DNA of 64,000 bases from Eledone cirrhosa (lineage: Eukaryota): positions 65,844,001-65,908,000 of the forward strand of contig OZ024744.1 in assembly GCA_964016885.1 (NCBI GenBank), written 5' to 3'. A model generated the notes under the pieces. The model worked only from the letters and a program-made list of their open reading frames with translations, did no database searches and had not been told where the DNA came from. Made by a program: the position numbers and the translations under genes. Shown here one piece after another: positions 47,212 to 60,000 of the stretch (position 1 is its first letter; each line of letters opens with the position of its first letter).

Positions 47212-49880
47212 GAGATGAATGGAATACTCCTGTAGATGACAATGGAATACTCCTGTAGATGAGAATGGAATACTCCTGTAGATGACAATGAAATATACTC
47301 CTGTAGATGACAATGGAATACTCCTGTAGATGACAATGGAATACTCCTGTAGATGAGAATGGAATACTCCTGTAGATGACAATGAAATATACTCCTGTAG
47401 ATGAGAATGGAATACTCCTGTAGATGAGAATGGAATATACTCCTGTAGATGACAATGGAATACTCCTGTAGATGACAATGGAATACTCCTGTAGATGAGA
47501 ATGGAATACTCCTGTAGATGACAATGGAATATTCCTCTAGATGAGAATGGAATACTCCTGTAGATGACAATGAAATATACTCCTGTAGATGACAATGGAA
47601 TACTCCTGTAGATGAGAATGGAATATACTCCTGTAGATGACAATGGAATACTCCTGTAGATGAGAATGGAATACTCCTGTAGATGACAATGAAATACTCC
47701 TGTAGATGAGAATGGAATACTCCTGTAGATGAGAATGGAATACTCCTGTAGATGAGAATGGAATACTCCTGTAGATGACAATGGAATACTCCTGTAGATG
47801 AGAATGGAATACTCCTGTAGATGACAATGGAATACTCCTGTAGATGAGAATGGAATACTCCTGTAGATGACAATGGAATACTCCTCTAGATGAGAATGGA
47901 ATACTCCTGTAGATGAGAATGGAATACTCCTGTAGATGAGAATGGAATACTCCTGTAGATGAGAATGGAATACTCCTGTAGATGAGAATGGAATACTCCT
48001 GTAGATGACAATGGAATACTCCTGTAGATGACAATGGAATACTCCTGTAGAGGAGAATGGAATACTCCTGTAGATGACAATGGAATACTCCTGTAGATGA
48101 CAATGGAATACTCCTGTAGAGGACAATGGAATACTCCTGTAGATGACAATGGAATACTCCTGTAGATGACAATGGAATACTCCTGTAGAGGAGAATGGAA
48201 TACTCCTGTAGATGACAATGAAATATACTCCTGTAGATGAGAATGGAATACTCCTGTAGATGACAATGGAATACTCCTGTAGATGAGAATGGAATACTCC
48301 TGTAGATGAGAATGGAATACTCCTGTAGATGAGAATGGAATACTCCTGTAGATGAGAATGGAATACTCCTGTAGATGACAATGGAATACTCCTGTAGCTG
48401 AGAATGGAATACTCCTGTAGATGACAATGGAATACTCCTGTAGATGACAATGAAATATACTCCTGTAGATGACAATGGAATACTCCTGTAGATGAGAATG
48501 GAATATTCCTGTAGATGACAATGAAATATACTCCTGTAGATGACAATGGAATATTCCTGTAGATGACAATGGAATACTCCTGTAGATGACAATGAAATAT
48601 ACTCCTGTAGATGACAATGGAATACTCCTCTAGATGACAATGGAATACTCCTGTAGATGGCAATGGAATACTCCTGTAGATGAGAATGGAATACTCCTCT
48701 AGATGACAATGGAATACTCCTCTAGATGACAATGGAATACTCCTGTAGATGATAATGGAATACTCCTGTAGATGACAATGAAATATACTCCTGTAGATGA
48801 CAATGGAATACTCCTGTAGATGACAATGGAATATTCCTGTAGATGACAATGAAATATTCCTCTAGATGACAATGGAATACTCCTGTAGATGATAATGGAA
48901 TACTCCTGTAGATGACAATGAAATATACTCCTGTAGATGACAATGGAATACTCCTGTAGATGACAATGGAATATACTCCTGTAGATGACAATGGAATACT
49001 CCTGTAGATGACAATGGAATATTCCTGTAGATGACAATGAAATATACTCCTGTAGATGACAATGGAATACTCCTGTAGATGACAATGGAATATTCCTGTA
49101 GATGACAATGGAATATTCCTCTAGATGACAATGGAATACTCCTGTAGATGACAATGGAATACTCCTGTAGATGAGAATGGAATATTCCTCTAGATGACAA
49201 TGGAATACTCCTGTAGATGACAATGAAATATACTCCTGTAGATGACAATGGAATACTCCTGTAGATGACAATGGAATATTCCTGTAGATGACAATGGAAT
49301 ATTCCTCTAGATGACAATGGAATACTCCTGTAGATGACAATGGAATATTCCTGTAGATGACAATGAAATATACTCCTGTAGATGACAATGGAATACTCCT
49401 GTAGATGACAATGGAATACTCCTGTAGATGAGAATGGAATATTCCTCTAGATGACAATGGAATACTCCTGTAGATGACAATGAAATATACTCCTGTAGAT
49501 GACAATGGAATACTCCTGTAGATGACAATGGAATATTCCTGTAGATGACAATGGAATATTCCTCTAGATGACAATGGAATACTCCTGTAGATGACAATGG
49601 AATATTCCTGTAGATGACAATGAAATATACTCCTGTAGATGACAATGGAATACTCCTGTAGATGACAATGGAATATTCCTGTAGATGACAATGGAATATT
49701 CCTCTAGATGACAATGGAATACTCCTGTAGATGACAATGAAATATACTCCTGTAGATGACAATGGAATACTCATGTAGATGACAATGGAATATTCCTGTA
49801 GATGACAATGGAATATTCCTCTAGATGACAATGGAATACTCCTGTAGATGACAATGGAATATTCCTCTAGATGACAATGA
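47212..49880. repeat. 23-bp minisatellite (GATGACAATGGAATACTCCTGTA) with 25-bp variants, about 115 copies
   Basis: Directly visible. Source of all the YRSIPLSSTGVFH pseudo-ORFs. Confidence 0.97.
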
Positions 49881-49959
49881 AGCTTGTTTGAAAGCCGAAA
49901 AAGAAAAGGTAAATTGTGAGAAAGATTGCTAACAGTTAATATTTTAATATACAGTTAAC

Positions 49960-50310
49960 CATCATCATCATCATCACCACTGTTTGACATCGATTTTTCC
50001 ACACTAGCATGGGTTAGACGAGTTATCCTGTTCTGGGCAATGTCAGGTCAAGTGACAATACCTTGCTTATACAGAATTGATTTGGGCTAGGTTTTACAGC
50101 TGGATGCCCTTCCTAGCACCAACCATATTTACAGTGTGGACTGGGTGCTTTTTACCATGGCGCCCACACGACCACTTTACAGTGAGTATTGGGTGTTTTT
50201 TGTCGTGGCACCTACATGACCACTTTACAGAGTGCGCTAGGTGCTTTTTGTTGTGACACCTACATGACCACTTTACAGTGTGGACTGCATGCTTTTTGTT
50301 GTGACCACTG
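49960..50310 (-). mobile_element. LINE-A-related 3' UTR with about 3.5 tandem 48-bp modules
   Basis: Repeated CCACTTTACAGTG...GTGYTTTTTG..GTG.CACCTACA.GA. Confidence 0.75.
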
Positions 50311-50788
50311 TTGTATAAATCTGGTTTTGTATAATTCTCAATCTAATTTTTTTGTAGTAAGTTCATATTTTGTGTCAAACACAACATGTACATACATAGT
50401 AAATGATAGTTTAAAGACTTTAAACATGCATACATTATTAAAAATAACCAATCCATCCTGTAAAGAGGTGTCGGTGACATGATAAAAAGCAACCAGTCTA
50501 CACTGTAACATAGTTGGTGGCCTTAGGAAGGGCTTCCAGCTGTAGAAACCAAATCAAAATACAGATCCTTTTGAGCCTGACGTGGTCTTCAAACCCGAAT
50601 GGTCTCATAATGTTACAACCTGTCTAATCCATGAAAGTGTGGAAAAATAGATGTTAAAAATAGCCATTACAAATACTTCTCAGGCTTAGAGAATATCGAA
50701 TACTGGGTCAAGGTGAATACCTCAAAGATTTGGGCAGTTCTAAAACTTCTCCCTCCTATCCCTGCCCAAAGCATTGCTATTGATTTAA

Positions 50789-51011
50789 CTCTTTAACATT
50801 CAAACTGGCTGTATTTGGCTTGAACTCTCTCTCGCCTCTTTCTGTTCAAACCAGCTGTAAGTAGCCACTCATACTGATGTTAAGGTATTGTTCTCAAAAT
50901 AAATAACATCAAAATCTCATAGATTCAATATTATGTGAGATAAAAATGTGAAGTAAAGCTTTTACTGTGAAAATATAATAGGAAATATAGAGTAATGTAA
51001 ATGGTAAAGGG
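50789..51011. mobile_element. piggyBac-like MITE (copy of 11513-11720)
   Basis: TTAA|CTCTTTAACATT ... AATGGTAAAGGG|TTAA. Confidence 0.75.
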
Positions 51012-51870
51012 TTAAGAAGCATTGGAAAAAATTGAAATTTGAAATAAGAGTGTCTTTGTCTGCTTTTCACCATCACCATCAGGGGTACCTTGTTTGACAG
51101 ATTCCTATGAGCCTGACATGAGTCTTCAGAACTGTCTTGTCTCATAACGTAACAACTTGTCTAAACCAAGCAAGCATGGAAAAGGGAAGTTAGATGATGA
51201 TGATGATTATTTGTAGTGATAGATTATTATAATTACTAGACAAGGGCAACATCTTCTCCCTCTTTCTGTCACGCACACACACACACATACACACATACTC
51301 ACTGTCTCTTTAAACAAATGGAATTCCTTTTCTCTCTCTCTATCTATGTACATATCTCTCACTTGACACTCCCCCTCTCTCTATATAGATGAGGATGAAG
51401 CCATAACTTTCTGTCACCTTGAAAACACACATCGTTCCCTTTTCTCTCTCTCTCTCTATCTATGTACATCTCTCTTGCTTGGCGCTGCCCCTCTCTATAT
51501 AAAGTGAGCGTGTCTGACAGAGGGGCTGGATAAATGGACGGACAGACAGACAGTGCTCTTATTATAATATAGATTATCATTTCCATTTCAAATTTCAAAC
51601 CCTGATGAGTAAGAACAATATGTCTGGATGTGGGTAAAGGAAGTTGAGATGACTTAACAGGGATGATACAAAACTGTTCCACCATTCTTATCATCATCAC
51701 TGTTTTATGTCAACTCTTCCATGCTTGCCTAGGTTGGATGGATACTCTCCAGCTCAACCCTCAACCTCCCTCTTCTCGCATGTCTGGTGGAAATTCATTG
51801 AAGTGTTATGACATCACATTTGTATGAAAGAATGAAAGAATAAAGAAATATAAAAGCACACACACATATA

Positions 51871-51971
51871 CAGGATGTCCCCCCCAAAATGTATACATAC
51901 TTTCATTACCTGTACAGGCAATATTTATTAGATTGCTGTTGAAGTGTGTATACATTTTTTAGGACACCCTG
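51871..51971. mobile_element. Tc1/mariner-type MITE (101 bp)
   Basis: TA|CAGGATGTCC..AAAATGTATACATACTT ... AAGTGTGTATACATTTTTTAGGACACCCTG. Inverted repeats of about 30 bp. Confidence 0.7.
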
Positions 51972-52199
51972 TGTACAAAGTATTACTGGTTTCGATGTAT
52001 TAGTAAAATTCATCTTATCAAATGTTAAGTATTACAATTAAAAAGAATTAATTCTTATGAATTCTCTTTATATATACTTTATATATATTATAAAACTCTT
52101 TTTTTTCAATAATGTCATTTTGACGAATCAAAGAAAAGAAAAAAAAAAGGAAAAACAGACCCTTAAATATATTTTCAGTGCTATTTCTCTCTCTCTCTA

Positions 52200-52234
<35 letters not shown>

Positions 52235-52469
52235 TATATATATATATATAGATATATATATATATATATATATGTGTCAAATTTTCCTGAGTCGGTTTTT
52301 TAATTGTTCTGGTCCTAGCGGCTTGCTTCAATTTGCATAGCTGACTAAACGTAATGTTATAACTCTAAGGTAAAATTCCTTATTGAGTGCTTTAGCTGCA
52401 CTTTCCGACTGCATGCATTTGTTAGCTTGCCTGCAACCAGAGCTTCGATTATGCTGTACTACCTTCTTG

Positions 52470-53225
52470 TATATATATATATATATATATATAAAAGCGA
52501 GGATGTGTGTGTGTCTGTGGAAAAATTTGGACACCTAAGGCTTTTACAATTCCCAACCGAATTTGACCAAATGTTCTGTGCACGTTGCACCTGTCGCTAA
52601 GATGGTCACATCACAAATTTTTTTCAAATCAACCCACGTTGAGCAATAAAAAATCGATAGCAAAATTTTTTTTTCTAAAGTGCATGATATAAGGGAGATA
52701 ACAATGAAGACAAAATCCTTATGGGATTTTCCATGGAAATTAAAAGTTGCAATTACTTTTACATTTTTCGAGGTTTTTTTACCAAATGTGAGGCAGGCAT
52801 TGCCTATGCCGTCGAGGTAATACAAGAAGATTATTTTTTCTAAAGTGTAGGCTGTAAGGGAGAAATCAATCTAAAAACAATCCTTAAGGGACTTTCCATT
52901 CAAACCGTTGGGACCTACAACTTTTACATTTTTAATGTAATTTCGTCCACATTTGAGGCAGGCATTATCTATGCTTCCAGGATATTGTGAATTTATTAAA
53001 AAAAACTATTATTACAATGAAGAAATCAGTTAAAACAAAATTTTCCTTCATTATCAGCATAGTTTTATGTGTACAAAGATTGAACTAAATATTCGTTTGC
53101 ATTAATTATTGAAGACTTCTGCTTATCTTGACAGGTTGGGGACAAATCATTTTCTTCTTTTACTTCCTAGATGTATATTCTTAGCATAATTTCAAACCCT
53201 GGGCAACGCCGGGTAAATCTGCTAG
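52470..53225 (+). mobile_element. Non-autonomous Helitron
   Basis: 5' (TA)nAAAG...GTGTGTGTCTGT start, internal imperfect duplication, 3' GC hairpin CCCTGGGCAACGCCGGG followed by CTAG|T. Confidence 0.78.
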
Positions 53226-53280
<55 letters not shown>

Positions 53281-53775
53281 TATGAGAACAGATAAAATTT
53301 AAACAAAGAATCGCTGCTTTCACCCTTAATTACGATATATATATATGTGTGTGTGTGTATGTGTGTATGCACACGGACTGAAACATACATCTAGTGGGCA
53401 CCTCAAAACCACTATACCACCCACCCATACACCTTTCATGCCTCAACACCTACTTCTGTTTACACCACCCTTACGCTGTAAAGGTATTGTGTTGATATTA
53501 CAAGAAAAAGCACCCAGCCCACACTGTAAAATGGTTGTGTAGGAGTCACAATATAAAGCACCCAGAATACACTGTAAATGTAGTTGGCATTAGGAAGGGC
53601 ATCCAGCTGTAGAAAGCTAGCCAGAAACAGTTCTATGTGAGCAAGACATGGTCACCTGACCCAACTTGCCTCAAACACATCATGCTAACATTGAAAATGG
53701 ACGTTAAACGATGATAATGATATATATATATATATTTTCAATTTCAGTTTTGCATTTTCATATATTTCATAACCC

Positions 53776-53843
53776 CTCTGTCTGATGAACGAACTAGACA
53801 TATGTTAATACTGTCTAGGGTCCTGAAACCTTTGGTAATGGAG
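53776..53843 (+). ncRNA. Type-I hammerhead ribozyme in a PLE remnant (about 53735-53942)
   Basis: CTCTGT-CTGATGA-..CTAGACA/TGTCTAG..-GAAAC-CTTTG-GTA-ATGGAG. Predicted cleavage after GUA at 53837. Confidence 0.7.
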
Positions 53844-53963
53844 TAATTATATATTGTGTTGTTCACTTTCTAATTAAATAGCTCTGTTTTATACATAGAA
53901 CACTCTTTTTTCGTTTAATTTTTCTTTGGAAATACTTAACACACACACATACACACATACACA

Positions 53964-54192
53964 AGGTTAGCTAGACATGCTCACCGACATCCAGAGTTGA
54001 CACTGCACTCAGTGCTCCTGTGGGAGCCCCTGCATGGACACACTGGAAGAGGAAGACCGAGGTTAACATATGTTGATGCCCTAAGGACAGACAGTGGTCT
54101 GTTGGAGACGCAGGAGATGGCAGCGATAATGAGGGACAGAGATCGCTGGAGAGAACTTGTCCATGGATCTCGGGAATTTTACCTTCCCTAGA
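53964..54192 (+). mobile_element. RTE LINE 3' end (probably LINE-D)
   Basis: H.HRHPEL..HSVLLWEPLHGHTGRGRPRLTYVDAL...MRDRDRWR. Confidence 0.8.
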
Positions 54193-54583
54193 TATATCAT
54201 CATCATCATCATATATATATATAAATGTATATAGTTATATCTGTTTATATACAAAGTGGGTAACCGAGATTGTGACAATGTGTATATAAATGTACACATT
54301 TTTAATATAGAGACATGTAAATATATATATACAGATATGACTTTATCGTATTCTTCATATGTGCTGTGAAACCTAACATAGTCAACACTTTGAAGTCATT
54401 GTCAACCTTTTCTTAGAAAATATAAATTCAATAATCTGTATGTAGAGAGTGTTAATTCAGTTAATGTTTGTTTTTATGTATTGGTCATACACACACACAC
54501 ACACACACATATATATACATACATATTTATATATATATATGTATGTATATATATATAGACACAAACACAGACACACATATACA

Positions 54584-54617
<34 letters not shown>

Positions 54618-54620
<3 letters not shown>

Positions 54621-55790
54621 TCATCATCATCATCAACGTTTAACGTCCGTGTTCCACGCTTGCATGGGTTTGGACGGGGGTAGTCCCACTTGAGGCAAGA
54701 GTGATTGTCTTGCTCGCATAGGACTGTCTGGCAGGTTTTCTACAGTTGGATGCCCTTCCTAGCACCAACCACATTTACAGTGTGGGTCTGGGAGGTTTTT
54801 ACCGTGTTGCCTACACGGCCACATTACAGCGTGGACTGTGTGTTTTTTTGTCGTGACACCTACACGATCTCATTTGTTTCGGCCTCGATGGCGCGGCACC
54901 AACATAACTTTACATAGAACGGGGTGGTGTGGATGGGGTGGGGGTGGTGGTGGTGGGACTGGGTGTATTTTGTTAGAGATGCCTACTGGCTGGAGTAGGT
55001 TTTACTATATATTTAGGTAAGGCGGGTCTTCTCTGTTACTGAGTACCGCCAAAGGTCTCGGTCCAGTGACATTGTCTTGGAGAGGTGTAAGTGTGTGATG
55101 TCGGAGTTTATCAGCTCGTCCCAGGTTTTTCTAGGTCTGCCTATTCCGTGACTACCGTCTATCTTTATTGTCCTGCACTTTGTTATACAGCTATCGACTT
55201 TCATGCGCATCACGTGTCCATACCAACGTAGCCTTCTCTCGAGTAAACAACATCTGATCCCTCTTATCTCTAATTTTTTCCTTAGTTCGTTTATGCTTTG
55301 CCGTTCACGTATATTACTGTTACACATCCAGCGGAGCATGCAAGCTTCGTTCCTCTCTAGTCTGCACACAATGCCCAGGTCTCACTGCCATGCAGCATTG
55401 CTGTTCGTATGCAGGCATCGTACAACCTGCCTTTCATTTTTAGTGAGAACCCTTTAGCAGCTAATAGTGGTATAAGCTCTCTGAACTTTTTCCAACCAGT
55501 TCTGACTCTAGCTACAGTACTTTCAGGGCACCCTCCCCCACTGCTGATTTTATCGCCCAGGTAACGGAAGCTGTCCACTATTTCTATGGAACCCTCTGCG
55601 CAATTGAAAGAGCTAGTATTTTGTGGGCACTTGCTGCTACTTATTGCACCAGAGCACCGGCCACATGTAAAATCTATGTTCTTAGTTAGCTTACCTGTGA
55701 TCCCACTACATCTTTTATGCACCCATACTTTGCATTTAGGACATAAAATGGAGTTTCTACCTACGCCTTTCCTACACACCGAGCACGACC
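54618..55790 (-). mobile_element. LINE-A subfamily, 5'-truncated, including the PHD-like finger
   Basis: CSVCRKGVGRNSILCPKCKVWVHKRCSG...FTCGRC, VDSFRYLGD, C-terminal domain, 3' UTR. Confidence 0.9.
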
Positions 55791-55903
55791 ATATATATAT
55801 ATATATATATAAGTAGAAGTGGTATTTAATTTGTTGGAAGTCCGACAAACATAAATGTTTATAACTGATTTAGAGCACTCAACAGTTTCCTGGAGTAAAT
55901 ATT

Positions 55904-56350
55904 CAATGATATTAAATAAATGGAAACTATATTTATAAAACCATATTTATTTTATTATATATATTTCAAGGGTACCAAAACACATTGGTACGCTTTCATC
56001 AGATAAAATACAAAGTTTGTTTTATAAATAGACACATACCCATGAAAATCATACCTTTTCGGTTGGATATTCTCTGGATAGTGGAAAAATATTAGGGATT
56101 TTCAAACTTATGGGTGAATATGCAAATGAATATGTAAACCCATAAGTTTGAAAAATCCCTAATATATTCTCACAATCCAGAGAATATCCAACCAATAAGG
56201 GATGATTTTCATGGGTATGTCTCTATTTATAAAACAAACTTTGTATTTTATCTGATGAAAGCATACCAATGTGTCTTGGTACCCTTGATATATATATAAT
56301 AAAATAAATATGGTTTTATAAATATAGTTTCCATTTATTTAATATCATTG
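55904..56350. repeat. About 447-bp DNA palindrome (PLE-type fold-back); the element extends left to about 55811
   Basis: Arms of about 210 bp with scattered mismatches and a spacer of about 20 nt near 56116-56135. Confidence 0.92.
55948..56010 (-). ncRNA. Type-I hammerhead ribozyme
   Basis: TATTTTAT-CTGATGA-AAG-C-GTACCAA(TGTGTT)TTGGTAC-C-CTT-GAAA-TATATA-TA-ATAAAATA. The mirror arm (56244-56306) has GAAA>GATA. Confidence 0.75.
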
Positions 56351-56565
56351 TATCATCATCATCATCACCGTTTTACGTCCGTTCTTCCATGCTAGCATGG
56401 GTTAGACGGGTTGGCCTGTTGTGGGCAGTGTCTGGTCGGCTGACCATATGTATGTATATGTATGAGTATATATTGAAACATTTATATGTCTATGTGCTGT
56501 GAGCACACATACACACACATATATATCATCATCATCATCATATATATGTACCTATATATATATGT

Positions 56566-56889
56566 ATCATCATCATCATCATCATTTCATTTTACGTTCA
56601 CTTTTCCCTGCTTGCAAGGGTGGGACGGGAACTGATTCTGGCTTGATTTCTACAGCTGGATGCCCTTCTTAACACCAACCGCTTTTTTGCCATGGCACCT
56701 CCACAACCACTTTGCAGTGGAATGATAGGGACCCCAGTCCTATCATCTCATTTCTACAGCTGAGTAAACTGGAGCAATGTGAAATAAAGTGTCTTGCTCA
56801 AGGAAACAACACATCACTTGGTCTGAGAATTGAACTCACAACCTTTCGATTGCAAGGGCAATGCTTTAACCACTAAGCCATGTGCCTCC
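56566..56889 (-). mobile_element. SINE-A
   Basis: Reverse complement of SINE-A with a short deletion. Confidence 0.88.
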
Positions 56890-57067
56890 ATGTATATATA
56901 TATATATATATATACACAGTGCACACACACACATATATATGTGTGTGTGTGTATGTGTGTACATGCATACATATACATATAACATACGTACATACATATA
57001 TATACATATATACATATATACATATATACATAATATATGTGTGTCAGTCTCTTTGTGTCCCTATATA

Positions 57068-60000
57068 TCATCATCATCATCACCGTTTTACGTCCGTTCT
57101 TCCATGCTAGCATGGGTTAGACGGGTTGTCCTGTTGTGGGCAGTGTCTGGTCGGCTAACCATGCCTTGCTTATACAGGAACTGATTTTGGCTTGATTTCT
57201 ATAGCTGGATGCCCTTCCTAACACCAACCTCATTTACAGTGTGGGCTGGGTGCTTTTTTGCCGTGGCACCTCCACGACCACTTTGCAGTGGGAGGGTGTG
57301 GGGGCATATTGTCTATATGCTTCAGCTTGTACCCATGGGAGGTCGGGTACTCTGTATTACTGCGTGACGCCAGAGGTCACAGTCGTGTGTCATCGCCTTT
57401 GAGAGGTGTAATTGGGTAAGGTTGGCTTTTATCACCTCATCCCAGGTCTTCTTGGGTCTCCCCACTCCGCGGTTTCCAATGACTTCTAGTGCTCTGCACC
57501 TTTTTATGCAGCTGTCATCCTTCATACGCATCCCATGTGCATACCAACACAACCGCCTCTCCTGCACACAGCATTTGATTCCTCTTATGCTCAGTCTCTC
57601 TCTCAATTCATTTATGGGTTGCCATTTGCGTATATTACTATTACACATCCATCGGAGCATGCAGGCTTCGTTTCTTTCTAATCTACGTACGTCTTCCACC
57701 TTCAGCGCCCAGGTCTCACTACCATGTAACATTGCTGTTCGTATACACGCATCATACAGTCTGCCTTTCATTTTGAGGGAAAAGCCTTTTGCAGCTAGCA
57801 GTGGCAGTAGTTCCCTGAACTTCTTCCATCCCGTTCTTACCCTAGTTATTGTACTTTCTGAACACCCACCTCCGCTGCTAATTCGGTAACCTAGGTAGCA
57901 GAAGCTGTCTACTGTTTCTACAGAGCCCTCCCAGAGATTGGTGGTACTTGTTTCCTGTGGCTGTTTGCTGCTTGCTGTCCCAGCACAGCTGCTACATGTG
58001 AAGCCTACATTCTTAATTAAGCTTCCTGAGATTCCGCTACATCTCTTGTGTACCCATTGTTTGCATTTGGGGCAGAGAATGGAGTTCCTACCTACACCTT
58101 TCCTACATACTGAGCAAGGCCATTTCCCTGAGGGGATCTGGGTTCTGTTTTCTAGTCTACTTACATGGACCTTAGTCTTTGTCAGGTTGACTTTGAGACC
58201 CTTTCTTTCTAATCCCTACTTCCAAGTTTGGAATTTCTTCTCTAGTTCTACCATAGATTCAGCTATAAGTGCGAGGTCATTTGCATACAGGAGTCCCTAT
58301 GGGCATCCGGTCTTAAACTCCTCCGTTATTGCCTGCAGGACTATGATGAACAGGAGAAGGCTGAGAACAGAGCCCTGGTGGACACCAACCTGTACGCTAA
58401 ATTCCTCGCTATACTCATTGTTAATCCTAACTTTACTGACTGCTCCCCTATACATGGCTTGTACAGCTTTCACAAGCCATTCATCTACTCCTAGTTTTCT
58501 AAGAGCCCACCAGATTATAGCACGTGGAACTCTGTCAAAGGCTTTCTTGAGATCGACGAATGCCAGGTAGAGTGGCTTACTTTTAGCTAGGTACTTTTGA
58601 TGTAACTGCCTCACAAGGAAGAGGGCGTCAGTGGTGCCTCTTCCTGGTACAAACCCAAATTGCATCTCATCTAATTTCACCCGGTCCCTAATCAAATGTG
58701 CTATAACTCTTTCTGTTACTTTCATGACCTGTTCCATCAGCTTTATACCTCTATAGTTTCCTCTATCTAGTGCATCACCTTTACCTTTGTAGCAGTTGAC
58801 AATGATGCTACTGCACCAATCTTTTGGTATGACACCTAGTATTACCTGGTTAACAATACGTGTGGTTATAGTGTGACCTACAGACCCAGATACCTTCAGC
58901 ATCTTGGCAGCTATACCCGATGGACCGGTTGCCTTCCCCATCTTCATATCTTTGATTGCCTTACTTACTACGCTGCTGCTGACTTGTACTCTATAGGGTC
59001 TACTTGGGGTAGGGTCTCTTCTTCCCATGCATTCTCTTCATTTAGTAATCTATCATAATGGCTCTTCCATGCATCTTTCTTCTCAGCACTTGTGAGGGCA
59101 AGCTCACCTTTATCATTCCGGATACATTTCTCTCCAATGACATCACAACTCTCTCTGACACATTGCCTCGCAATCTTGAACACCTCCTGTTTCTGGTCCC
59201 CACGTTGCAAAACATGCTTGAATTTTCTATCCTTTGCTTCCCTCCTAGCTAAGTATACTTGTCGCCTAGCTTCCCTCTTGGTCTCTATGTAATGTACCCT
59301 GCTTCCCCCGTTCTTCCATTCTTTCCATTCTCTTGGCCTTAACTGCCTCATCTACCTTATTGTTCCACCACCAAGTCACTCTCCTCCTGCTTGTGGTCTT
59401 ACTCCAGCCACAGACCTCATCTGTCGCCTCTAGTAAGTTATTTTTTAGGAACTCCCAGTGCTCTTCTACATTGAATGTCTATCTGTTCTTTACTGTCGTA
59501 GGCGTTGAGTAAAATATCTTTAAATCTAGCTGAGGGGGTCTTTCTTCTCCAGGTTGGTCTCTGTTTCCAGGTTCGTCTAGTTCTGACCGTGAGGTCGCTG
59601 ACAACTAGGCTATGTTGCGAGGTACATTCCTCACTAGGGAAGGCTTTTGTGTTTATGACCGTCCATCTGTCATGTCCTCTGATGAGGATAAAATCTATCT
59701 GACTAGAATGCTCCCCTGATCTATAGGTGATCAGGTGGTTGTCAGGTTTTTTGAAGTTTGTGTTACATATCGACATGTCATTGGCGTCGCAGAATTCTAG
59801 AAGTCTGAATCCTTCTTCATTTCTTGTGCCAAGCCCATGGCCTCCATGGACTCTATTGAAGCCGTCACAGTGTTTACCTACGTGTCCGTTAAAATCTCCT
59901 GCAATGATTAGGAAGTCATTGTCGTTTGTTAGAGCAATAGTGTGCATTAGGGACTCATAAAACCTATCCTTAAGTTCGTCTGGCAACCCCGATTGGGGTG

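Noticed and set aside
46927-49831. Multiple long repetitive ORFs; superficial CRISPR-like periodicity
   Set aside because: A 23-bp tandem repeat without unique spacers, no cas genes, eukaryotic context.
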